Source of the DNA: Desulfatiglandales bacterium
GTDB lineage: Bacteria > Desulfobacterota > DSM-4660 > Desulfatiglandales > Desulfatiglandaceae
DNA: 64,000 nt
Reading direction: 5' to 3'
Assembly (NCBI GenBank): GCA_963662465.1
Contig: OY759599.1
Location: 768,001-832,000 of the forward strand
Shown: positions 55,417 through 64,000 of the stretch, piece by piece
How the letters are laid out: every line of letters starts with the position of its first letter
Position numbering within the stretch: the first letter of the stretch is position 1
Made by a program: the position numbers and the translations under genes
Notes under the pieces: generated by a model
What the model was told of the DNA's origin: nothing
The model's input: the letters and a program-made list of their open reading frames with translations, nothing else
The model's database searches: none

Positions 55417-57657
55417 ATGAGTGAATGGCAGAAAACAAGCTGTGTGTTGTGCGCCCAGAATTGCGGTTTACGGGTCAAGGTGGAAAACAATCGCATCATC
55501 AAAGTAAAACCGGACCGGGACAACCCCAGGAGTCAGGGGTACGTCTGCCGCAAGGGCCTTAATGTAATCTATCACCAATACCCGAAAGGTCGCCTGACCG
55601 AACCCCTCAAACGGGTTGGCGATTCCTTTGAGCCCATCCCCTGGGGACAGGCCCTGGGGGAGATTTCGGATAAGATTGGAGAAGTGGTCAAAGCGCACGG
55701 CCCCCGCGGCCTGGCATACATGGGCGGCAGCGCTCAGGGAGGTCATTTTGAAGCGGCATTCGGGCTGAGTCTTCTCAGAGCGATGGGTTCCCAGTACTAT
55801 TACTCATCCGCCGGACAGGAATTCAGTGGTTCATGGTGGGTATTCGGGCGCATGCTGGGAAAGCAGTACAATGTACTCATGCCCGATGAACACGCGGCCG
55901 AAATGCTGGTGGGGTGGGGCTGGAACGGCATAATGAGTCACCAGATGCCCCGGGCCCGCAAGGTGCTGACGGATTTCAGCAAAGACCCCGACCGCCTCCT
56001 GGTGGTGGTGGACCCCCGAAAAAGCGAAACCGCGGCCATTGCCGACATTCACCTTGCGGTTCGTCCCGGCGCCGATGCCCTTCTGGTCAAGGCCATGATT
56101 GCGCTTATTCTCGATGAAGGATGGGAAAACAAGGATTATATCCGCAACAACGTGGCGGGTTGGGAACAGGTGGCGCCGTGGTTTGAGGGCTTTGATGTCA
56201 AAGCCGCCCTTGGGGTTTGCGGGCTGGACTATGATCAGGTGCGACACCTGTGCCGGCTTATGACCACCCGGCGATGGTGCTTTCACTCGGATCTGGGCAT
56301 CTATATGGGTCGGAACAGCACCCTTAACTCTTATTTTCTGAATATTCTGGGGGCGGTCTGCGGCATTTTATGCGTGCCCGGGGGCAACGTCATCCCCGGC
56401 ATGGTTATGCCCATGGGATTTCATGCGGATGAACGAAATCCCGATATTTGGCGTACGGTTGCCACAAACATGCCGCCCGCGGCGGCCGGTTCCTTTCCCC
56501 CTAACGTCATGCCTGAGGAGATCTTAAACGACCATCCCGACCGATTGCGGGCGGTGATGGTGAGCGCCTGCAATCCCCTTCGGTCCTATGCAGACACTCA
56601 GGCCTTTGAAGCGGCGTTTAAAAAGTTGGATCTGCTGGTGGTCAATGACATTGTGATGAGTGAAACGGCGCAACTGGCCCATTACGTGTTGCCCTGTCGC
56701 ACTTACTACGAATCCTGGGACGGCACGTTCTTTCCCTGGACCTACCCCAAGGTGTTCTTTCAGATGCGGGGACCCGTGGTGGAATCCGAAGGTCAGTGCC
56801 TGGAGGCGAGTCAGATTTTTACCATTCTGGCTGACAGGCTGGGATTGATCCCCGAGATTCCCGGAGACCTGTTCCATGCCGCGGGCGGCGACCGAATGGC
56901 TTTCGCGGCAAAACTGATGAAATGGGCTGTATCGGAACCCCGCGCCATGAAAATCATGCCCTTTGTGCTGGCCAAAACCCTGGGCCGGGTGTGGGGGAGC
57001 GCCGCCCTGTCGGCCCTGTGGGGCATTTTGATGATGGGGCCTGAATCGCTTCGGAAAAATGCGGCGAGGGCCGGGTTTGAGCCGGGAATGGACCAGGGGG
57101 AGCGTATTTTTCAGGCCCTGATGGATAATCCCCAGGGCGTGTGGGTGGGGGAGGTCGATCCGGACGATAATATGGCGGCCGTCAAAACCCCTTCAGGGAA
57201 GATTGAGGTCTACATCCCTGAATTGGCGGATCAGGCTCAGAAAATCGATGCCGCGAGCGAAGCCCTGGGGCTTCGAATGTTCGACGAATTCCCCATGATT
57301 CTGAATGCCGGAAGGCATATGGACACGAATGCCAACACCCTCATGCGAAATTCGGAATGGAATCGGGGAAAGCGGGCCTGCACCGTGGCGGTGAGTCCGA
57401 ATGACGCTGCGGCCCTTGAGCTGATGGATGGGGATTTGGTGCAAGTGGTTACCGAAGCCGGCAAAGCGGTGGGGGAGCTTCAGGTTTCCGGTCAAGTGCG
57501 TGAGGGCACGGTATTGATTCCCCATGGATTCGGGCTGACCTATGACGGAGAGGTGTATGGTATTAACGTCAACCAGTTGACCCGAAGTACCCACAGGGAT
57601 CCTTTGGGCACGCCGTTGCATCGGTACGTGCCTTGCCGACTGGAGAAGGTTGATTGA
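55417..57657 (+). CDS. Molybdopterin-dependent oxidoreductase, catalytic subunit
   Basis: CVLCAQNC...VCRKG 4Fe-4S motif, VDPRKSETA, ETAQLAHYVLP and C-terminal PHGFG...NVNQLT; no Tat signal seen. Confidence 0.9.
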   Translation: MSEWQKTSCVLCAQNCGLRVKVENNRIIKVKPDRDNPRSQGYVCRKGLNVIYHQYPKGRLTEPLKRVGDSFEPIPWGQALGEISDKIGEVVKAHGPRGLAYMGGSAQGGHFEAAFGLSLLRAMGSQYYYSSAGQEFSGSWWVFGRMLGKQYNVLMPDEHAAEMLVGWGWNGIMSHQMPRARKVLTDFSKDPDRLLVVVDPRKSETAAIADIHLAVRPGADALLVKAMIALILDEGWENKDYIRNNVAGWEQVAPWFEGFDVKAALGVCGLDYDQVRHLCRLMTTRRWCFHSDLGIYMGRNSTLNSYFLNILGAVCGILCVPGGNVIPGMVMPMGFHADERNPDIWRTVATNMPPAAAGSFPPNVMPEEILNDHPDRLRAVMVSACNPLRSYADTQAFEAAFKKLDLLVVNDIVMSETAQLAHYVLPCRTYYESWDGTFFPWTYPKVFFQMRGPVVESEGQCLEASQIFTILADRLGLIPEIPGDLFHAAGGDRMAFAAKLMKWAVSEPRAMKIMPFVLAKTLGRVWGSAALSALWGILMMGPESLRKNAARAGFEPGMDQGERIFQALMDNPQGVWVGEVDPDDNMAAVKTPSGKIEVYIPELADQAQKIDAASEALGLRMFDEFPMILNAGRHMDTNANTLMRNSEWNRGKRACTVAVSPNDAAALELMDGDLVQVVTEAGKAVGELQVSGQVREGTVLIPHGFGLTYDGEVYGINVNQLTRSTHRDPLGTPLHRYVPCRLEKVD

Positions 57658-57706
57658 GGGTTGGCCAAAAAAAGGGTCTAAGAAGACTCAGGAATTTTTG
57701 GAGTGA

Positions 57707-59287
57707 AATCCATTTGCCGGCAAGGGCAGAATCGTAACGGGAAAGAGCTTCATCGGCAGATTTGAGGGTCTGAGAACTGTTGCGAATACGGTTACGGATT
57801 TGCCCATGCCGAATAATCTGGCCATTATCGGCTATCCGTGAATCGGCAAGAGCAGTTTGGTCAAGCAGGCTATCATGGAAAAAAAGGAATGCCTGCTGGA
57901 AAAGAACAAACTTGCCATTTGGGTGGATTTCTCTGCTTTCTCCAGCCGCGAAGCCTTTTTCAAGGGTTTGGTCCGCTATTCCTTCGAGAATCTAAAACGG
58001 GCCGGGAAAACCATTGATCATGAACTGCTGGAAAAGGCATCAGCGGTGTTGGCGTTCCAAAAGGCATGGGACGACATGAAGTATGATATGGAGATTTACT
58101 TCGAAACACTCCGCGCCAAAGGGTATTATACGATTTTTGTTCTGGATGAGTTCGATGAAGCAAGGACCAAATTCAGGGATAATGCAGAGGCGTTTAGAGA
58201 AATGAGGCATCTTGGGTATGATTCCCGGCAATACGGCATCGCCTTTGTGACCACTTCGCGCCGAAGCATAAGGGACATCGAAATACAAAGCAAGGTCAGT
58301 TCAACCCTCGACGGCATTTTTGGAAAAGAATATCTGACCATGTATGACGACACTGACCTTTGTCAATACTATGGGCTTTACGAGGACGTTGGGCTGCACT
58401 TAACCGATATTCAGAAACATCGAATTGAATACTATTGCGGTGGCCATCCGTACTTGTTGGCGTCATTGGGGTTTCAAGTTGTCGAGAGGTTTAAGGAAGT
58501 TGGAGAGATAAACATTGATGCGGTTTTCCGGAGAACCCAGTTGCAGTTTTCGGACTATTATGAACTCCTCATCTCGCTTTTGAGGGAAGACAGGACCTTT
58601 GCAAATCTCCTGTAAATTCTTTTTGGACCCAAAATTGATGTGAGGCCGGCTGATATTGAAGAGCTTCTCACTTATGGGCTTATCAAGAAGGGAGAAAGGT
58701 ATTTTATCGCCTTTTCGGAACATTTCCAAAACTATCTACGGTACAAAGAAAAAGAGGAAAGCATCCGGATAGATACATGGAAGCGGCTTAGTGATGCCGA
58801 AACGGGATTGCGACAGCCTATTTTGAATGTGTTCAAAGAGAAATTCGGCGATGCATGGGAAGAAAACTATCTCAACAGAAAGGCGCTTACCAAAGGGATA
58901 TTGACCAATACGGCCAATACAATAAGTATTATATGCCAATACAATAACGCGCCTGACAAGAAGAAGCGGTTGAATGAAGTCTTTCAACAGCTCAAAGGCG
59001 CTTACCAAAGGGATATTGACCAATACGGAAGCCTGGCTCTCAATTTAACTTTGATCGACCAAAGCTATATCCATCAATTATTTGATTATTTTATTCTTTT
59101 CTCATGGGATGATCTGTTTCGGGAAATCTTTCAAAAGGAAAAGAGGTACTGGAAAGATGCCAAACAATGCCTTGAAAGGATAAGAAATCCCATGGCCCAT
59201 CAGAAAATTCAGGTGCTGCTGCAGTCCGAAATAAAAAGGGCCTAGGAATACTGTGACGAGATTATAGAAATTACAAGAGCCTACTGA
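57707..59287 (+). pseudogene. AAA ATPase fused to a Swt1-like HEPN domain, with nonsense mutations
   Basis: One frame reads NPF...FIGR, Walker A GYP*IGKSS (TGA 57839), Walker B VLDEFD, CGGHPYL, TAA 58613, RNPMAH (Rx4H), TAG 59243 and final TGA 59285. Confidence 0.75.
58879..59028 (+). repeat. 35-bp direct repeat (58879-58913 and 58994-59028)
   Basis: AAAGGCGCTTACCAAAGGGATATTGACCAATACGG occurs twice, with starts 115 bp apart. Confidence 0.85.
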
Positions 59288-59323
59288 TCCAAGTCGTTTC
59301 CGGAGGCGATGGCATCTGCATCA

Positions 59324-59348
59324 GGGCAGGCACAGGGGCCTGCCCTAC
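59324..59348 (-). repeat. REP-like GTAG-headed hairpin
   Basis: Minus strand GTAGGGCAGGCCCCTGTGCCTGCCC with GGGCAGGC/GCCTGCCC arms, between convergent genes. Confidence 0.6.
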
Positions 59349-59409
59349 AATGACAATGCTGACATAACGAGGTGAATTCAACACCCGTGAACGGTTACGA
59401 ATTTTATGG

Positions 59410-59957
59410 TCATTTCGCAGATGCCTCGGTTCTTTGAGCTTTTGCCGACAGTTTCTCCTCCGCCCAATCCCGAATCTCTTCCAAGCTTTCAGCCTCAAAA
59501 AACCTCTCTCCCAATTCTTCAAGCTGCTCTGTTGTCAAATCGGCATAAAAGTCGATGAAGTCTGCATATTTTCGCTGCTTTTCCGGACTTGTCTCAAGCC
59601 GGGCCATGCCGGTTTGCGCCGCCAGATACATCTCAAGACGATCCTCCGGCGGATAGGCCATATTGGGAAGATTCAACCGCGCAACAATGTTGTCGCTGTC
59701 ATAATATCGGGCCGATAGCAAGCCTTTGAGTTTGCACATCAAATATCGAAATTCCAAATAGGCCCATGAATTGCCGCCCAATCGCAGATAGGTCCGATGG
59801 TCTCCTGTTCTCAAAAAGATCACAACCGGAATCACACGGTCCGTTCCCATCAATTCCGCTAGATCCAAACAATAGCGGGCTAAACGGTATATCGAAAACT
59901 CGCTGGTTTTGGTCTCTTCTTCCACCACAAACAGAATGGCTTCTCTCCTGCCATCCG
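59410..59957 (-). pseudogene. 5'-truncated Rpn/DUF4351-like putative nuclease gene
   Basis: DGRREAILFVVEEET..FSIYRLARYCLDLAEL..VIPVVIFL...TEQLEELGERFFEAESLEEIRDW (DUF4351-like tail); no N-terminus. Confidence 0.55.
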
Positions 59958-61378
59958 ATGCGGCCGGTTCCGAAGAGGCCCTTTACCGGGAGTTTGCAGC
60001 ACAGGGTGTGCCTTCCGAATTACAGGTTTTCAGCACAGCGGGTGCGGGCCATAACGACCTGATTTTGGAACCTGCCAAGAAGCGTTATTTTGGCGGGCGC
60101 CCGGACTGGCAGAAACTTTTCAGCAGGGGTCTCGGCATGGCGGTTTCACAGGTGATCAGCGATGCCGCAAATGTTTATGACGATGATCAGGGGGATGAAA
60201 AAGAATTGACCATCGCCCAGAAGGCGAGAAGATGGTTTATTTCCAGCTATCCGCTTCTGGGGTCGCTGTCCGCTGATTTCAGGCTTATTGAAGACCCGGT
60301 TCTGTGCGTCCGCATGAGGGTGAGCGTGGCCGCCGTGAACGCGGAATTAAAGGAAATCTATGTCAATCCCGCGGCTGCTTTGGATGAGGCCCAATGCCGA
60401 TTTGTCCTGGCCCATGAACTGTTGCACGTGGTGTTGAATCATCACTCACGAAGTCAGGGGCGGGATTTCTTTTTGTGGAATGTGGCCTGCGATTTCGTCA
60501 TCAACGGGTGGCTTGTGGAAATGAACGCGGGCGACATGCCGGATCGCGGCACCTTGTATGACCTTGAACTGAAGGGGCTTTCCGCTGAAGCGGTGTATGA
60601 CCGCATGGCGACGGACATGAGGCTGTTTCGAAAACTGACCACCCTGCGGGGGGTGGGCCTTGGGGATATGCTGGAAGGGGCGGGTTCCGAGTGGTGGCGG
60701 CGCGGGGATGGTATGACCCTGGATGAATTTTACCGCCGGTGTTTGGGGCAGGGACTGGTCTATCATCAGACCCACGAACGGGGATATCTGCCGGCGGGCC
60801 TGGTTGAAGAAATTCGGGCCTTAAGCCAACCGCCCATCCCCTGGGATGTGGAACTGGCCCGCTGGTTTGATGTGCATTTTCTCCCCGTGGAAAAGGTGCG
60901 CTCCTATGCCAGGCAAAGCAGACGACAGTCCTCGACGCCGGATATTCCCAGACCCCGCTGGACGCCCATTCACGGGGCCATGGAGGGAAGAACATTCGGC
61001 GTTATTCTGGATACCTCCGGTTCCATGGATCGAAACCTTCTGGCCAAAGCTCTAGGCGCCATTTCCGGATACAGCATATCCAGAGATGTCCCCCGGGTTC
61101 GGGTGGTTTTTTGTGATGCCGTGGCCTATGATCAGGGGTATATGGCGCCCGAAGATATTGCCGAAAGCGTAAAGATCAGAGGCAGAGGCGGAACCGTGCT
61201 TCAACCGGCCGTCACCCTGCTTGAAAACGCGGCGGATTTCCCAAAGGACGGCCCCATCCTGATCATTACCGACGGATATTGCGATCCCCTTCGAATCAGA
61301 AGAGAGCACGCATTCGTGATTCCCAGGGGCAGGCGCCTGCCCTTTGCTCCCAGGGGGGAAGTGTTTTATATGGATTGA
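59950..61378 (+). pseudogene. DUF2201 metallopeptidase + vWA protein, 5'-truncated
   Basis: FVLAHELLH (HExxH), WNVACD, DTSGSM, GRGGT and IITDG. Its 5' end runs into the opposite-strand Rpn-like remnant, and the usual MoxR partner is absent. Confidence 0.7.
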
Positions 61379-61856
61379 GGGGGGGGCTTCCTGTCGTCAT
61401 ATGACCAGGCTCTTAACGCTTTTGTTGTTGATACGGTGATCCCTGAGAAACATGACTTTTTCATAATACGGTTTTCCATCTCTGAAATATTTCAACATTC
61501 TCAATGGGGTGAAGGCGCTCTTCTTATTCCCCATTGGGGTGGATGGAACGGACGCCCGGAGTTCGTCCCCAATACTCATTTTCATTTGATCCGCACTCCC
61601 ACGGCAAGGCGGAAGCATGTAACCCTACCGTGCGTAGAATTCGGCTGAATCGTCCCGCAACCAACCTTCCGCCTGTTCTGCGAGCTGTTTACGATATGCT
61701 GAGTTAATTGCAGATTGACGCTTTTTGTGGCAAGCGAGACTCTATTTGCCGAAAAACTTCATCCGTTGTGAAGGCTCTTTGGGGTAACGGATGTGTCCGA
61801 CACTTCAAAACCGCCCACATGATCCATCCAGAAGTTCAGGGATGCTCTCCATGCTG

Positions 61857-62135
61857 TTATCCACCCCCTTCCTTGAACGTGTCCGAGTTCAGGAAACAGA
61901 TGCGCTCAAACCCCAGGGAGGCCACCACGAAGGTCTTGAGTTTCAGGTCCCGGTATTTTCGGGCCAGCCGGTCCCCGTAATCTATGGCCTGAGCTTTGCC
62001 GTCTTTCAGGGCCTTGGCAACTGCGGGAAAGGTATAAAGTTCGTCTAAAGCCATTGCCCGAATAACCTCCCCCGTGAGACCCAGGGCCTTGAGGGTCAGG
62101 AATTTGAATTCGATGAGTACGTCGAAAACGGATAT
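61857..62135 (-). pseudogene. 3' remnant of an AAA-ATPase-like / PD-(D/E)xK nuclease gene
   Basis: Manual extension reads VFDVLIEFKFLTLKALGLTGE...QAIDYG..L..KY..LKLKTFVVASLGFERI. Confidence 0.6.
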
Positions 62136-63209
62136 CTACAGAAAACGGCCATCGATCCGGCCAAGTTCGGCCTGCTGATAGGACTGTTTTCGGCGGTTTC
62201 CCTGGTTTTCAGACCTCTGGTCAGCCCCTTTTTTAACGCCGGCAATGCCAGGCCGTTCGTTTTTTTGGGAGTTTTTCTGGTGGTCGGCGCCTTGGCCTCG
62301 TACAGCCTGGCCCGGGGCTTCTGGAGCCTGGTCCTCATCAGGTCGTTTCACGGCCTGGCCTTCGTGGTCCTGGGCGCCGCCCTGACGGCGATCCTGGTCG
62401 GGCACATCCCCCAGGAACGCAGCAGTCAGGCTTTCGGGTACGTCGGCATCATTACGATATTGCCCACCACCGTCATTCCGTCGCTTTTCCCCTTATTGAT
62501 CGAGACGTTTGGCGGGTTTAACCAGATACTTCTTTTTTTCGCCGGGGTGACGATCCTGGTCTTTCCGATGGTTTTATTCGTCAAACCGAAGGTGGAAGGT
62601 TTGAAGGCACAGGCGGGTACGGGTCGTCTGAGTCGCCGGGAAATAATTGAGGACCTGACCGATGGGCGCGTCCTGGCGGTCCTGGCTTCCATGCTGATGC
62701 TCTATTGCGGCAACGCCCTGGTATTTTTTTTCGTGGCCGGTTACGCGACAAGCCTGGGAGTCTCGGGTGTGGGAATTTTTTTCACCCTTTCCACGGCGGC
62801 GGAGCTGGGGGTTCGGGTTGTGGTCGGGTCGCATTTCGACCGAATGAACAAACCCCGCTTGATTTGCCTGACCATGCTTTTCCTGGCTCTCTCGTACGCA
62901 ATTCTGGCCTGCGGTTGGGGCGCCCTCCTGTTTTTCGCCTTGATGGGACTGTTAATCGGGCTGGGTTGGGGCGTCGCCCTGCCGGTTTTCAACGGCTTGC
63001 TGTTCGATCTTTCGTCGCCGAAATATAAAGCTTTCAACACCAATCTGGGGTTCCAGATGTACCAGGCCGGATATTTTATCGGACCGTTTATCGGAGGGTA
63101 TGTGGTCGCCCGGTGGGAATTTTCGGTTCTTTTTTGTATTTGCGCGGGGCTGAGCGTACTGGGCGCGGCCATGATACTCATGCGGCATAGCCGCGGTTTT
63201 AAGTTTTAA
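62130..63209 (+). pseudogene. MFS transporter lacking its 5' end
   Basis: Frame reads GYLQKTAIDPAKFGLLIGLFSAVSLVFRPL... with MFS motifs (IRSFHG, GSHFDRMNK); no in-frame ATG upstream; first TM helix missing. Confidence 0.7.
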
Positions 63210-63230
63210 GTTTTAGGTTTTAAGTTTTTA
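63196..63230 (+). repeat. Heptamer tandem repeat (GTTTTAA)x~5
   Basis: GTTTTAA GTTTTAA GTTTTAG GTTTTAA GTTTTTA, spanning the MFS stop codon. Confidence 0.8.
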
Positions 63231-63370
63231 TACCAATGAATTCAGTCTGTTATATTGATCATCTTGTTTTTTAGAAGCATTTAATCTGTAAGTCGCTAAT
63301 GGTCGGGATTGGGCGCAAACCAAGCTTGTTTAATTCGCGAAATTAACTCGTGGGATGAAAGGAAAATATA

Positions 63371-64000
63371 ATGGATTCCATACAAGAACAAAAAAGGGAA
63401 ATCGCTCCGGACCAGACCTGGGAGATCGACCTGTTTCGGCCCGAGGACGCCGAGGGGGTGACCGCGTTGTTCCTGGAAATCTACGGCCGGGACTATCCCA
63501 TCAAAAAGTTTATCGATCCCCAACTCCTGATTGAGGAAAATCTTTCCGGACGGACGGTTTCCAGCGTGGCCCGGACGCACGGGGGGGACATTGTCGGCCA
63601 TAACGCCGTTTACAATAGCGCATACTGGCCCGGTGTCTTTGAGTCAGGGGCCGGCGTGGTTCAACGTCATTACCGGGGGCCGGGCAAAAAAATATTTGTC
63701 AGGATGGTCGAACACGGATACAAGCATCTGAAGACTTCCGGTCGCGGCTCCGGGATTATGGGGGAGCCGCTTTGCAGTCATATTATCACCCAAAGACTGA
63801 GCAGGGAACAGGGATGGATGACACAGGCGCTGGAAGTGGACCTTATGCCGGCAACAACCTACACCAGGGAAAAAACCCTGTCCGGACGGGTGTCCACGAT
63901 CATGGATTTCAAAACAATTATAGCCCGGCCCCACCGGGTGTATATTCCTCCGGTTTATCGGAACCAGTTGGATTTTTGTTATCGGGAGCATGATGATGAA
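63371..64000 (+). CDS. GNAT-fold protein (5' part; runs off the window end)
   Basis: Not in the ORF track. ATG 63371 after AAGGA reads MDSIQEQ...FRPEDAEGVTALFLEIYGRDYP...GDIVGH...ESGAGVVQRHYRG and stays open to 64000. Confidence 0.7.
   Translation, partial: MDSIQEQKREIAPDQTWEIDLFRPEDAEGVTALFLEIYGRDYPIKKFIDPQLLIEENLSGRTVSSVARTHGGDIVGHNAVYNSAYWPGVFESGAGVVQRHYRGPGKKIFVRMVEHGYKHLKTSGRGSGIMGEPLCSHIITQRLSREQGWMTQALEVDLMPATTYTREKTLSGRVSTIMDFKTIIARPHRVYIPPVYRNQLDFCYREHDDE

Noticed and set aside
58879..59028. Mini CRISPR array
   Set aside because: Only two copies, an 80-bp spacer, non-palindromic, inside coding sequence, and no cas genes.
57839..59245. Programmed readthrough or alternative genetic code
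   Set aside because: Three different stop types in one gene, one inside Walker A; decay is the simpler explanation.
61380..61700. Minus-strand coding-like fragment (GKPYYEKVM...INNKSVKSLVI)
   Set aside because: Possibly another gene remnant, but it is interrupted by stops and I cannot assign a family.

Overview
Bacterial chromosomal window, most likely from an anaerobic Desulfobacterota-type deltaproteobacterium (inferred from the NifSU-cysE cluster, rubrerythrin, a UGA-encoded selenoprotein and PAS-rich signalling). It has five parts. (1) 1-5.1 kb: housekeeping nifU-nifS-cysE and an SLC13/TrkA-C permease. (2) 5.2-27.2 kb: a defence-rich island built on a BREX operon of non-canonical order (brxE-brxA-brxB-brxC-[DUF4926, MNT-HEPN]-pglX-pglZ-brxL), followed by an AbiEii-like pair and an AbrB/RelE-like pair. 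(3) 27.2-43 kb: a minus-strand signalling cluster made of V4R, a HAMP hybrid kinase, a giant 3xPBP-6xPAS sensor with no output domain, a stressosome (RsbR/S/T/X), a second hybrid kinase with an RsbT-like input, and two REC-HD-GYP regulators. The best candidate for an undescribed system is here: a possible split sensor-kinase, in which the orphan sensor's C-terminal GREIKMIGLKEEVN helix may dock on the [11 protein letters not shown] helix shared by both kinases. (4) 43-57.7 kb: mixed accessory and metabolic genes, including two Fic proteins, Uma2, a degenerate 5'-nucleotidase, a selenoprotein missed by the ORF track and a molybdopterin oxidoreductase. (5) 57.7-64 kb: a decaying zone with nonsense pseudogenes and head-to-head deletion junctions. 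All calls come from reading motifs by eye; no database searches were run.
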